Source of the DNA: an uncultured Gammaproteobacteria bacterium
Lineage (GTDB): Bacteria > Patescibacteriota > Patescibacteriia > JAHIZJ01
Length of the DNA: 64,000 bases
Direction of reading: 5' to 3'
Assembly: GCA_964371245.1 (NCBI GenBank)
Contig: CAYJKP010000001.1
Coordinates: 315,042-379,041 of the forward strand
A program made the translations under genes and the position numbers. The notes beneath the pieces were generated by a model, which saw nothing but the letters and a program-made list of their open reading frames with translations, was not told the DNA's origin and did not search any database. Of this stretch, positions 45,369-55,359 are shown piece by piece. Position 1 is the stretch's first letter, and every line of letters starts with the position of its first letter.

Positions 45369-45791
45369 ATGAGCCAAATTTCCTTCTACGAAACTAAGTA
45401 TTATATGTTTTCAAATTTTTCAGCGCACGCGGTCGAGTACCGCGGCGATTTGTTTATGACGGCGGAACACGCCTACCAAGCGGCGAAATTCGACGACTTC
45501 GCTATAAAATCCGAAATACAAGCGGCCCGGAGCGCCTACGCGGCAAAAGAAATCGCCCGTCAGCATAGAAGTAAGCGTATCTCAAACTGGGATCAAAAAA
45601 AGGTTCAGATTATGGAAGAAATTATTCGGGCTAAATACCGTCAGCATGGCGACGTGCAGAAAGCATTAAAAGAATCGGGTAATGAAGAAATAATTGAAAA
45701 TTCTCCAATCGACTCATTCTGGGGCGCGGGCGCCGATGGTAATGGCAGAAACGAGCTAGGTAAAATATGGATGAAGCTGCGTCTAGAATAG
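45369..45791 (+). CDS. NADAR (YbiA-like) protein
   Basis: FSNF, EH.YQA.KF, W...K...M.....AK..QH, E.SP.D.FWG.G.DG.G.N.LG..WM.LR. Confidence 0.92.
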   Translation: MSQISFYETKYYMFSNFSAHAVEYRGDLFMTAEHAYQAAKFDDFAIKSEIQAARSAYAAKEIARQHRSKRISNWDQKKVQIMEEIIRAKYRQHGDVQKALKESGNEEIIENSPIDSFWGAGADGNGRNELGKIWMKLRLE

Positions 45792-45959
45792 TTGATGGGC
45801 TATAGCGATCTAACTGACCAGCTGAAATAAATTATTTCGAGTATCACCAAATGAGGCGTCTTATGTTTCGCCTCATTGACATTTTTATATGACTCGAATA
45901 AGATGCAGCTGTTGTGAAACGGCCTTCTGGCCTAGGGCAAAACCACAGGGAGGATACCT

Positions 45960-46334
45960 ATGCCACACCACGCCATCCCAGACGCGCCTGCCGGAACACT
46001 GACCCCCGTCGTCTTCAAGACCGAAGTCGTCGGAACAGTGGCCCGGCATTTCCCTCCGCGCCGGGACGTCTTGTCGGCCATCGTGGCCAAGGGGATGCAG
46101 ATCAGTCTGCGCGATACGTTGTGCAGTTTCATCCCCACGCATCCCAACGAGCCGATCTGTCGTACGGTCCTCGTTACGTCGCTTCAGATCGACGGCGTAC
46201 AGGTCGAGCGTGCGACGGAAGGTCAGGAGGTCGGAATCCTGACCGGAGGGCCGTTGTGGGTCGTCGGAAGCCCGGTGCTTCGACTCACTCGCCAGAGGAC
46301 AGAGCCGGGAAACGCACCGGGCTGCGCCGTCTGA
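45960..46334 (+). CDS. Small beta-barrel protein resembling EF-Tu domain II / peptidase U32 C-terminal domain
   Basis: GGAGG ribosome-binding site; VG.V..HF ... V.SLQID...VE.A..GQEVGI. Confidence 0.55.
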   Translation: MPHHAIPDAPAGTLTPVVFKTEVVGTVARHFPPRRDVLSAIVAKGMQISLRDTLCSFIPTHPNEPICRTVLVTSLQIDGVQVERATEGQEVGILTGGPLWVVGSPVLRLTRQRTEPGNAPGCAV

Positions 46335-46519
46335 CGGTCGACCGCACGCTGCCGCGCTCATTCTTTGCTCGCCCCCTTCGTTCACCCCACCCGTGTGGGG
46401 TTTTTCATTAACCCGGATAATGAAATTAGGGTCGTGTTTATATAAACATTGTCAGATATTATTTATTCTGCCATGATACTGATAGAGTCATTAATTGATT
46501 AAACCATAATATTATTAAT

Positions 46520-47431
46520 ATGGGCGAAAACAACCCGGGAGAATTTGAGTCGGATCGGGAACAGGAGCCGTCAGTCGAAAGCACAGTGGCGTTGCGTTTC
46601 ATGCGCCACGCGGAAAAAGAAAAGCTTGATATTCCCGATGATGATATTCCGCTCACTGTCCCTGGCAGAATGGATGCCTGGCGAAAAAGTATGCGGATGC
46701 ATGCAAAACCGGAAGTATCAGTAGCAGTCGGTAGTCCGAAGAAAAGGACGCGAGAGACATCAGCACACGTCATGCTGGGCAGTCGGGTGGCACCGGACGC
46801 TAGTTTGGAGGAAATGGAACGCGAGATTGCACGGTTTCTGAAAGTTGGGAAAAAGGTAATGGTCGACGAACGCTTAAACCTTGGTGCAGACGGCCCGGTG
46901 GGAATTGAGACGAACAAATCGTATGATGAGAATGCATATTTTCGATATTTAGCGGAGAAGAGCGATCTCCGGGCTGAAGAACTTCACGACCTTGAATCGG
47001 GTACGTTAAAGCGCTACGCGGGCAATGTGGCTGAGCTGATACAGCACTATCTCGAAATAAGCAACGCCTTTCATGGTGTGGTTGAGAAAGATAGCGAGAA
47101 ATACAAGAAATACAGCAACCGTCTTGAACGGTATCTCGGTACACACGTCGGCATCCAGGAAAGCTTTATTGTAAAAGTGCTTGAGACGCTGAGCCAGGAA
47201 ACGAAACGGAAAGCGTTTGTCGAAGCATACCCGAACGGCTTCAAAGAGTTACAGGGCATGAATATCGATATCACGACCCGGGGCCGCGAACGGACGATAT
47301 TTCTCTCATACGAAATACCCGATAAATCTGGCCACCCGAAAACGGAGAGAATAATGTTCGGCGCTGATGTTCTCGAACAGATCATCAAAGATCGTTACCA
47401 GTTTGAACAGGCAGTGGCAGAGAGAAAATAG
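46520..47431 (+). CDS. Histidine phosphatase superfamily protein
   Basis: FMRHAEK, LT..G, SP..RT.ET, later GTH. Confidence 0.7.
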   Translation: MGENNPGEFESDREQEPSVESTVALRFMRHAEKEKLDIPDDDIPLTVPGRMDAWRKSMRMHAKPEVSVAVGSPKKRTRETSAHVMLGSRVAPDASLEEMEREIARFLKVGKKVMVDERLNLGADGPVGIETNKSYDENAYFRYLAEKSDLRAEELHDLESGTLKRYAGNVAELIQHYLEISNAFHGVVEKDSEKYKKYSNRLERYLGTHVGIQESFIVKVLETLSQETKRKAFVEAYPNGFKELQGMNIDITTRGRERTIFLSYEIPDKSGHPKTERIMFGADVLEQIIKDRYQFEQAVAERK

Positions 47432-47449
47432 TCGCGATACAATATAACC

Positions 47450-48331
47450 ATGAAGGCAAAAACAGCAAATGCAAAAGCGACCTGGTTGTTTTTTATCGCC
47501 CTGATTATATTTGGCGCGCTGGTTTGTTATTATGTCGTGAAAAGCAATTTTCAATCAGACGTGGCGGAGACAGAGGTTGCAAACAACTCAAACCCAGTTA
47601 ATACAAATTCAACTCCAACCGTGGCGAACACCAACAATCAGCTAAATAGCAATGTGCCAGTAAACTCTGAACCGCCGACCAATACCGATAATATAAATGC
47701 ACCAGCGCCAACGGAAATACCGGCGGGCGAGGAAATCGTCCGGATTGATACGAAGGAAAACATGGTCGTTTTTACGTTTGACGCTGGCAGCAGCGACGTC
47801 TCGCTGACAAAGATTCTTGAGGCGCTCGCCACGCATCAGCTCACCGGAACGTTTTTCATGACTGGCACGTGGGCGGAAAAATTTCCCGAGGGGGTGAAGC
47901 AAATCGCAGCCGCCGGACATGAAATATACAACCATACCTATTCACATCCGCATTTAACGCAACTTTCCGACGCCAAAATTCTCGAAGAGTTTTCGGAAAC
48001 CGAGCAGCTGGTGAAAAATCTAACCGGCAAAACCACCAAACCATATTTCCGAGCGCCCTACGGCGAACGAAACGACCATATTTTGGAAGTGGCGAGCCAA
48101 TCCGGGTATCAATCGGTCTATTGGTCGACGGACGCACTAGACTGGGAGGAAAGCACGGGCATGACCGCTGAAAAAGTACGCACGCGCGTCTTGGACAACC
48201 TCAAGCCCGGCGCGATATTCCTCATGCATGTGGGTGATACGATCACCGGCTCGATTCTTGATGGTTTGTTTGAATCAATCGAGCAGAAAGGCTATCAGAT
48301 CTCTTCGTTGGGCAATGCCACCGGCCAATAA
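47450..48331 (+). CDS. Membrane-anchored polysaccharide deacetylase (NodB homology)
   Basis: TFDAG, NHTYSHP, FRAPYG, D.LDW, LMH. Confidence 0.92.
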   Translation: MKAKTANAKATWLFFIALIIFGALVCYYVVKSNFQSDVAETEVANNSNPVNTNSTPTVANTNNQLNSNVPVNSEPPTNTDNINAPAPTEIPAGEEIVRIDTKENMVVFTFDAGSSDVSLTKILEALATHQLTGTFFMTGTWAEKFPEGVKQIAAAGHEIYNHTYSHPHLTQLSDAKILEEFSETEQLVKNLTGKTTKPYFRAPYGERNDHILEVASQSGYQSVYWSTDALDWEESTGMTAEKVRTRVLDNLKPGAIFLMHVGDTITGSILDGLFESIEQKGYQISSLGNATGQ

Positions 48332-48386
48332 CGGAAAAATGACTATTTCTTGACACTTTAGCCATTTTTTTTTATCCTAAAGAGAC

Positions 48387-49358
48387 ATGTCAGAACTTAT
48401 ACAGGTTAAGAATTTAACGAAGGAATTCAACGGTTTTTTGGCTGTTGATCACGTAAATTTCTCGGCCAAGGCCGGTGAAATATTCGGGTTGCTCGGACCG
48501 AACGGCGCCGGGAAAACGACCACCCTGCGTACGATCGCGACTGTGCTCGCGCCGACGTCGGGAACGGCCGTTGTTGCCGGGTATGACATCGTCAGCCAGC
48601 CCGAGGACGTCCGTCGCCATATCGGCATGTTAACGACCGACATCGGCGTGTATGAACGATTCAGCGGCCGGGAAAACCTCTATTATTTCGGCCAGCTCTA
48701 CGGTTTATCAGGCGAAAAATTGGAGCAGGCAGTGGCTGAGCTCGTGCAACTGCTCGACATGGCGGATTTCATCGATAAGCGAACGGGAAAATATTCCACC
48801 GGCATGAAGCAGAAGTTGGCCATCGCCCGCTCGGTGATCCATAATCCCGATGTCATGATTTTTGACGAGCCGACCGCCGGCCTTGACGTCTTAGCTTCCC
48901 AAACGGTCATTCGATTTATGAAAAAAGTCAGCGAACGGGGGAAGCTGGTCATTCTATCCACGCACGAGATGACGGATGCTGAGAAACTGTGCGATCGGGT
49001 GGCGATTATGCATCAGGGGAGAATCGTGACCGTCGATACGGTTGAAAATCTGAAGGCAAAAACCGGTACCCAGGATTTAGAGGAAACATTTGTAAAGCTC
49101 GTTCACGGTGACAATCATCGCCGTCCCGATGTTACTATTCTCCAGAAGAGCCGGGCGCCGAAAGTGAAGATGTCACCCTTGATGATGGCAATTTTATTAG
49201 AAGTCGTTTCCATCCTTCTTATCGGGATCGGCATTCTCGGCAATATGCAGAAATGGTTTAGTGTTGGCGTCGGGTATATTTTTATTATGGCCGGCCTTAT
49301 CCCGTCTTTCATTGCGCGGCGCCAATTAAGAAAAACGCGGCCGGGTCCACGAGTATAA
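48387..49358 (+). CDS. ABC ATPase (NatA-like) with two C-terminal transmembrane helices
   Basis: GPNGAGKTT, YSTGMKQK, FDEPT; hydrophobic tail. Confidence 0.9.
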   Translation: MSELIQVKNLTKEFNGFLAVDHVNFSAKAGEIFGLLGPNGAGKTTTLRTIATVLAPTSGTAVVAGYDIVSQPEDVRRHIGMLTTDIGVYERFSGRENLYYFGQLYGLSGEKLEQAVAELVQLLDMADFIDKRTGKYSTGMKQKLAIARSVIHNPDVMIFDEPTAGLDVLASQTVIRFMKKVSERGKLVILSTHEMTDAEKLCDRVAIMHQGRIVTVDTVENLKAKTGTQDLEETFVKLVHGDNHRRPDVTILQKSRAPKVKMSPLMMAILLEVVSILLIGIGILGNMQKWFSVGVGYIFIMAGLIPSFIARRQLRKTRPGPRV

Positions 49359-49379
49359 ACGCATAAAGAAATTATTGCC

Positions 49380-50609
49380 ATGAGTAGAGTAACCACTATT
49401 TGGAAAAAAGAACTTCGGGACGGCATCCGCGACCGGCGGACGCTCGTGTCAACGATTATTTTACCCATGCTCCTGATGCCGGGCATCATCATCGGGATGG
49501 GGAAGTTGGTTACCTGGCAAATATCCCAGGTTAAGGATCAGCCGGTGACGGTCGGGGTGGTTAACGCTTCGTCCGCGGCTGATTTCGTCTCGCAATTGCG
49601 CGCGACAAAAAATGTCGCTGTCACAGAAATGACCGGTGAAATACAACCTGAAGTGAAGAACAAAAAAGTTGATATAGCCATCGTCTTTCCGGCTTCGTTC
49701 CAAACAGCCATTGAAGCGGCACAGCCGGTTCAGCTTGAGGTCTATCAGAATTCATTGAATACGAAATCAACGACTGCGCTTACTCGGCTCACGACCGTGG
49801 CCGCACAGTACAATCAAACGCTCCTGCAAGCTCGGCTCGCCAAGGAAAGCATTAGCCCGCTTGTGCAAAACGGCGTCAGCCTAAAAACAACCGAGGTGGC
49901 GTCCGATCAGGAAATTGGCGGCTTCGGGCTGAGCTATCTCTTGCCGCTCTTCATTGTCATGTGGGCGGTCGTCGGCGGCCAAACGTCAGCCGTGGACATT
50001 TCAGCCGGTGAAAAAGAGCGAAAAACACTCGAATCGCTCCTGCTCACACCGGTCAGCCGTTTGCAGATCGTTTTTGGCAAATTCCTGGCCGTGGCCACCA
50101 TGGCGCTGTCCTCGGAGATCATCGCGCTTGGCAGTATGTATGCTGTTTTTGCGTTTGGCGGTGGCGACTTATTTACCGCCACAGCCAGTCAGTCGTCGGG
50201 CCTGGTGCAAACGTCGGCGGTCGGGGTGAATTTTACGCTCCAGCCGCAGGCCGTTATTCTCATGTTCCTGGTCAGCATCCTGCTGGTGATGCTTTTTTCT
50301 GCGCTTAATCTTTCTGTGGCAATATTCGCGAAAAGCTACAAAGAAGCCCAGAGCTATATTGGCCCGTCGTACCTCATCGTTATCTTGCCGGTGGTGTTAG
50401 TAAACATGTTGCCTGGTTTTCAGGCGAAGCTCGGTTTTTTCGCTATTCCGATCGTGAATGCCGTCTTATTGTTCAAAGAGGTGCTGGTAGGTGTCTATAA
50501 TACCAGTCACATCGTTATGACGATTGGAGTCATGATCGTCAGCGCGCTGATCACGATGTACATTGCCAGCCGGATTTACCGGAAAGAGGGAGTGTTGTTC
50601 AAGGATTAA
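49380..50609 (+). CDS. ABC permease (NatB-like)
   Basis: KKEL....RDRRT, AGEKER.TLESLL.TP, AKSYKEAQ. Confidence 0.9.
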   Translation: MSRVTTIWKKELRDGIRDRRTLVSTIILPMLLMPGIIIGMGKLVTWQISQVKDQPVTVGVVNASSAADFVSQLRATKNVAVTEMTGEIQPEVKNKKVDIAIVFPASFQTAIEAAQPVQLEVYQNSLNTKSTTALTRLTTVAAQYNQTLLQARLAKESISPLVQNGVSLKTTEVASDQEIGGFGLSYLLPLFIVMWAVVGGQTSAVDISAGEKERKTLESLLLTPVSRLQIVFGKFLAVATMALSSEIIALGSMYAVFAFGGGDLFTATASQSSGLVQTSAVGVNFTLQPQAVILMFLVSILLVMLFSALNLSVAIFAKSYKEAQSYIGPSYLIVILPVVLVNMLPGFQAKLGFFAIPIVNAVLLFKEVLVGVYNTSHIVMTIGVMIVSALITMYIASRIYRKEGVLFKD

Positions 50610-50613
50610 ATAT

Positions 50614-51273
50614 ATGAGTAATTTTATTGATTACCAATGGCGAAAAGAATATCGAAAATGGCTAATAGGTATTGGCATAGTAGGAGTAATAATAATATTT
50701 TCTAGTGAATTTCTTGTTAATAAATTTTTACCTATCGGGAATATTACTATTAGTGAAAAGATATTAGGTTCAATATATTTTGTAACGGCTACAATAATAT
50801 TTTGGTACACTCGAGAAACATTCGATCTAAAAGTTATTCAACAAAAGGAACTAATCGAAATTAGAAAACAAACAGATTTTCAAATAACTCCATATTTACG
50901 AATACAATGGTCAAATAATAAAGACGAAATATTTCATATCATCAATGATGGCAAAGGGTTGGCTATCAATCTGCGTTTTTTACCATTTTCTCCAACTACA
51001 GAGCTTGTATTAAACATTAAACATCGTCCTGTAATATCTAGTGGTGGTTATACTATTGTTTCAACGGATGAATTATTTAGTAATATTAAACAGCCAAGCA
51101 TCATACAGGATACTAGTATATTAAAGGGACTAATATTGTCATACGTAAAAAATAGTTTTTCAATTGAAGCAACATATAAAGACATAATGAATAATCAGTA
51201 TAATGTCGTTTTCTGTTCGGATCCTACATATAACGATTTGTTTTATATAAATAGTCAAAAGAGGGTGTCATGA
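50614..51273 (+). CDS. AT-rich two-transmembrane hypothetical protein
   Basis: Two transmembrane helices, then WYT.ET...P.L...N.G.G.A.N. Confidence 0.7.
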   Translation: MSNFIDYQWRKEYRKWLIGIGIVGVIIIFSSEFLVNKFLPIGNITISEKILGSIYFVTATIIFWYTRETFDLKVIQQKELIEIRKQTDFQITPYLRIQWSNNKDEIFHIINDGKGLAINLRFLPFSPTTELVLNIKHRPVISSGGYTIVSTDELFSNIKQPSIIQDTSILKGLILSYVKNSFSIEATYKDIMNNQYNVVFCSDPTYNDLFYINSQKRVS

Positions 51274-51276
51274 GAC

Positions 51277-51359
51277 TGTCATGCCGAACTTGTTTCGGCA
51301 TCTCTCACCGGTAAATAGCTTGTGCCGGAGAGAGATCCTGAAATAAATTCAGGATGACA
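51277..51359. repeat. REP-like double-hairpin palindrome next to the GIY-YIG gene
   Basis: TGTCATGCCGAACTTGTTTCGGCATCTCTC...GAGAGATCCTGAAATAAATTCAGGATGACA. Confidence 0.8.
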
Positions 51360-51400
51360 ACGAGGGGAGAGAAAGACGGTGGGGAGCGGATAGGGTATCA

Positions 51401-51703
51401 ATGGAAAGCCGGACGTATTATGTGTATATTCTTACAAACAAAAACGACAATGTGTTATACATAGGAATGACGAATGATTTACTACGGCGGGTTTACGAAC
51501 ACAAACAGGGGATATATAAAGGCTTCAGCCAGAGGTATCATTTAACAAAGCTCGTCTATTTTGAAGAAACGGATGACGTAACCGATGCAATCGGCAGGGA
51601 AAAACAACTGAAACTGTGGCATCGTGATTGGAAGATGAACCTTATTAAAAAGGAGAATCCTGAGCTGACGGACTTATCAAAGGACTGGTATGAAATTGCT
51701 TAA
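51401..51703 (+). CDS. Small GIY-YIG nuclease
   Basis: YYVYIL...LYIGMTNDL.RR..EH, AI.REKQLK.W.R.WK..LI...NP...DL. Confidence 0.93.
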   Translation: MESRTYYVYILTNKNDNVLYIGMTNDLLRRVYEHKQGIYKGFSQRYHLTKLVYFEETDDVTDAIGREKQLKLWHRDWKMNLIKKENPELTDLSKDWYEIA

Positions 51704-52139
51704 AGGCGCAACCTTAAAATCAAATACTGATCGCGCCGTTGGTATCGTTAAGAACGGGAATTCAGTTCTCCTTTTCCATCGACGAAAGAAAGAGCGCGAG
51801 TATTTCTACTTTCCGGGCGGGGGAGTGGAGAAAGGCGAAACGCTGGAACAAGCGCTCTACCGAGAAATCCTTGAGGAGGTGAATCTGGAAGTACACGATT
51901 CACGGCATATTGTTTCCCTGCGAAACCGCGGTCGTCACGAACACTATTTCATCGTCGATCGTTTTGCTGGCCAGCCGGCGCTCGGACCGGAACAGCTGGA
52001 GAAGATCAGCCAAGAATCGTATATCGCTGTCGTCTGGAAGTCGCTGCAGGAAATATTTCAGCTCAACGTGTATCCGCCGGAAATATTACCCCATATTTAC
52101 CAATACGCACTTTCCATTGCGTCAACGTCTGACGATTGA
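51690..52139 (+). CDS. NUDIX hydrolase
   Basis: PGGGVEKGETLEQALYREILEEVNL. Confidence 0.88.
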   Translation: MKLLKGATLKSNTDRAVGIVKNGNSVLLFHRRKKEREYFYFPGGGVEKGETLEQALYREILEEVNLEVHDSRHIVSLRNRGRHEHYFIVDRFAGQPALGPEQLEKISQESYIAVVWKSLQEIFQLNVYPPEILPHIYQYALSIASTSDD

Positions 52140-52147
52140 TAACACAT

Positions 52148-53020
52148 ATGAACACAATCGAGGTAAAAGATTTGCGTAAACACTTCGGTTCGACCAAGGC
52201 TGTCGACGGCATCAGCTTTGACGTTCGCCAGGGGGAAATCTTCGGTTTCCTCGGGCCGAACGGCGCCGGTAAAACAACCACGATCCGATGCTTAATGGAC
52301 TTCATCCGGCCGACTTCGGGCAGCATCCAGTTGCTCGGCCAGGACAGCCAAGCGAACTCGGTTGAGCTGAAGCACCGAATCGGCTATCTCTCCGGTTACG
52401 TCCGGCTGTACGATAAATGGACCGGTTGGGAGCACATCAGATTTTTTCAAAAATTCAACAGCCGATCGGATTCGTCAGCGGAATTGATCAAGCGTCTGGA
52501 TTTTGACCCGACCCGAAAAGCCGGCCAGTTGTCGTCCGGCAATAAGCAGAAACTTGGCATTTTACTGGCGATAATGCACGATCCTAAATTGCTGATTCTC
52601 GATGAGCCGACGATTGGCCTGGATCCATTGCTTCAAAATGAGATCTACAAACTTCTGCGCGAACGCGTTCAAAAGGGTGCGACCGTGTTTTTCTCGTCGC
52701 ACAACCTGCCGGAGGTTGAAAAGATCTGCACCCGTGTCGGTATCATCCGGCAGGGGAAAATGGTGGCCGTGCAGAGCATCGACGAATTGAAAGAAAAGAA
52801 GGTCTATCGCATTCACGCGCACGCCGCCGGCGGGTTTGATCGATCACGATTTAATCTGTCGAACGTGTCATTTTTGGAATCACCAGCCAACGAATTAAGC
52901 CTCGAGGTGCGCGGCGACGTGACCGGAATTGTTCAGCTGCTGGGCAAATACCAGTTGTCCGACTTATCGATTGAACGCGCGCCCTTGGAGCAAATATTTC
53001 TTGAATATTATGAACAATAA
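52148..53020 (+). CDS. ABC transporter ATP-binding protein
   Basis: GPNGAGKTT, LSSGNKQK, LDEPT. Confidence 0.93.
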   Translation: MNTIEVKDLRKHFGSTKAVDGISFDVRQGEIFGFLGPNGAGKTTTIRCLMDFIRPTSGSIQLLGQDSQANSVELKHRIGYLSGYVRLYDKWTGWEHIRFFQKFNSRSDSSAELIKRLDFDPTRKAGQLSSGNKQKLGILLAIMHDPKLLILDEPTIGLDPLLQNEIYKLLRERVQKGATVFFSSHNLPEVEKICTRVGIIRQGKMVAVQSIDELKEKKVYRIHAHAAGGFDRSRFNLSNVSFLESPANELSLEVRGDVTGIVQLLGKYQLSDLSIERAPLEQIFLEYYEQ

Positions 53021-53021
53021 T

Positions 53022-53819
53022 ATGTGGCCAATTATCGTTCGGTTTCTCAAAGACAGACGCATATCGCTTCTGGTATATTGTTTGTCTGGCATCGCCTTTC
53101 TCGAAATGTATGTGGCAATCTATCCCAGTATATTTTCTCAGGCTGCGCGTTTTAACGAACTCTTCCAAAGCTACCCGCAAGAGTTTCTGAAGGCATTTGG
53201 CATTGATCGGCTGGACATGTCGACCTTGGAAAATTATATCGCCATGGAACATTTCAGCATGATTTGGCCGCTCATGATGATCATCTTGATGATTTCTATC
53301 GCGGGCGGGGCGTTGGCCGGTGAAATAGAGCGGGGAACGATCGAGCTTGTGCTGTCCCGTCCGATTTCCAGACTGAAGCTTTTTATCGGAAGATATATCT
53401 ATGGTTTTATTGCGCTCGTGATATTTATTCTGACAACGGTTTTTATGATCATTCCGTTGGCTGAACTGCATAACGTCACGTATGATGCCGGCCGATACTA
53501 CATGATAGCGGTCCTTGGCATCCTTTTCGGCCTGGCTGTTTTTTCGCTCGCCATGCTGGCCTCAGCCCTGTTCTCGGAAAAAGGACGGGTCTCTATGGTG
53601 ATGGGCGGTTTGCTCGTGCTCATGTACGTTTTAAACCTGGTGGCCGCGCTCAAAGAAAACCTGTCGGATCTGAAATATCTTTCGTTTTTCCATTACTTTG
53701 ACGCCCAGTCAGCGCTGACCAAAGGCGAACTGAACCTGACGTCGGTCTGGGTGTTTGCCGGGATCATTGTCGTGAGCACGATCGTTGGGGCAGTGGTGTG
53801 GAAGAGGCGGGATGTATAG
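53022..53819 (+). CDS. ABC-2 family permease
   Basis: AGEIERGTIE.VLSRP.SR; six transmembrane helices; ends RRDV. Confidence 0.88.
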   Translation: MWPIIVRFLKDRRISLLVYCLSGIAFLEMYVAIYPSIFSQAARFNELFQSYPQEFLKAFGIDRLDMSTLENYIAMEHFSMIWPLMMIILMISIAGGALAGEIERGTIELVLSRPISRLKLFIGRYIYGFIALVIFILTTVFMIIPLAELHNVTYDAGRYYMIAVLGILFGLAVFSLAMLASALFSEKGRVSMVMGGLLVLMYVLNLVAALKENLSDLKYLSFFHYFDAQSALTKGELNLTSVWVFAGIIVVSTIVGAVVWKRRDV

Positions 53820-53877
53820 GAATATTATTTATTAATGAAGAACTAAGTGAAGTTTATTAATCAAGTTACGTAAACAT

Positions 53878-54624
53878 ATGCAAAGATCTGATTACAATTT
53901 TTTTCAACCAATTATATCGTTTCTCGGTCTTGTCATCTCGCTAGTGATTACAGTTTTACCAGTGTTTAATGTTAGTCAGTTAAAACAGGCCTTTCTTGAT
54001 CCAAAATTATCTACCCCAGTATCATTCTTTGCTTTTATTATAGGCATTATTATCATATGGCAGATTATGGAATTTCATTCTTATATTGAAATACGAATTG
54101 GGAAGAAAAAAATGATACATTCTAAGACTGGTGAAGAATATTTTTCCCCAAGAATTGTAATTACCCATAAACAAATAATATGGATATTAATCATTTTATC
54201 CATAATATCCTCATTCACTTTTATGTTTCTAAAAGAAATAAAAAATCCGGCTTTAATTGTTATCTACATACAATCATTTTTATATCTGGTATTTTTCCTT
54301 CTTCTAATTTCAATTTTTGGCCTTTTAATTGCCTGGACTAGAGGAAAATATAAATGGACAGAGGAAAAAGAGAATTTTCCTAATACCATATTTAATACAT
54401 TAGAAAAGTGTAGGCATATTAAGCCAGGTATAGAGATATATGAAAATATTACTGCGAATCCGGAAGAGCTAGAAAGAGAAGGAATCACGGGCGTTTTTGG
54501 AGCAAAAAGAATTAAAGTACGAACTACCGTACAGGAGGATAATATAATTGAGTTCTATGCAAGTGGCGACGGTAAAGAAATATTTAAAATAACAAAAAAA
54601 CATAAAATCGAAGAGGAAAAATAA
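53878..54624 (+). CDS. AT-rich four-transmembrane hypothetical protein
   Basis: Hydrophobic N-terminal half, soluble C-terminal half. Confidence 0.7.
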   Translation: MQRSDYNFFQPIISFLGLVISLVITVLPVFNVSQLKQAFLDPKLSTPVSFFAFIIGIIIIWQIMEFHSYIEIRIGKKKMIHSKTGEEYFSPRIVITHKQIIWILIILSIISSFTFMFLKEIKNPALIVIYIQSFLYLVFFLLLISIFGLLIAWTRGKYKWTEEKENFPNTIFNTLEKCRHIKPGIEIYENITANPEELEREGITGVFGAKRIKVRTTVQEDNIIEFYASGDGKEIFKITKKHKIEEEK

Positions 54625-54668
54625 TTTGTTTGTATATAAAATACCAACTTATTTGCCAAGTAACCCAG

Positions 54669-55118
54669 ATGGAGAGTGATAAAGCTAAAACAATACCCCT
54701 GAAATCAAAGGCCAACCGAGTTTTTGGATACATCATCAATGTCATCATCCACGCCGTCATGCTGTATGTCGCGAATAATCTGTTGAATTGGGGCGCGCAG
54801 TTTATTCTGCCGACCTGGGCAGACGTTCTTGGGGTCGTACGCTTTTCATTTATTTTAAGCATTGTGGCCTACGCGACGTTCATCATCTACGATCGTCGGG
54901 GGTATTATTACTTCCTGCGAACAGCCATGGACGCGGTCAGCATCTACGTTGGGTACCGGCTGGTGACGGTATTTCCTTTTGACTTCTATGGATTTTATCA
55001 TCAAGGCTGGCTGAATGATGTCTTCCCATACGTGTTATGGTTCGGGATTGCCGCGTTAGTAATTTCAATCATTGTCCGAACAGTGAGATTAGTGGCAAAT
55101 AAGAATCTATATTATTAA
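54669..55118 (+). CDS. Four-transmembrane hypothetical protein
   Basis: Hydrophobic ORF with VFPFDF motif. Confidence 0.7.
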   Translation: MESDKAKTIPLKSKANRVFGYIINVIIHAVMLYVANNLLNWGAQFILPTWADVLGVVRFSFILSIVAYATFIIYDRRGYYYFLRTAMDAVSIYVGYRLVTVFPFDFYGFYHQGWLNDVFPYVLWFGIAALVISIIVRTVRLVANKNLYY

Positions 55119-55224
55119 GCGCGCCAATTCCGTAGAGCGACTTGATTCGAGCGCGATGAACGAGTAAACGGGGGAGTAACCCGTCACTCGTTGTATTTTT
55201 TCCTCCGTTGGTGCTATACTGCTA

Positions 55225-55249
55225 ATACCCCTACCTGGGGTGGGGGTGT
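55225..55249. promoter_or_regulatory. Putative CsoR operator
   Basis: C/G-tract pseudo-palindrome ATACCCCTACC-TGG-GGTGGGGGTGT just after the -10 TATACT, upstream of csoR. Confidence 0.7.
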
Positions 55250-55262
55250 GGATAAGTTTACC

Positions 55263-55352
55263 AATTCAAAATTCAGAATTAAGAAGGAAGAATGTCGGTT
55301 GTCCCGTTACGGGACCACAATAATTATTACTTCTGAATTATTAATTTTTCAT
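55263..55352. repeat. AT-rich heptad palindromic repeat, copy D
   Basis: AATTCAAAATTCAGAATT..AATGTCGGTT-GTCCCG-TTA-CGGGAC...TTCTGAATT. Confidence 0.7.
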
Positions 55353-55359
55353 TGTCCCT

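Noticed and set aside
53830-54650. Possible solitary degenerate integron cassette (GTTACGT before an AT-rich ORF)
   Set aside because: No convincing downstream AAC...GTT palindrome; end complementarity is only about 5 bp
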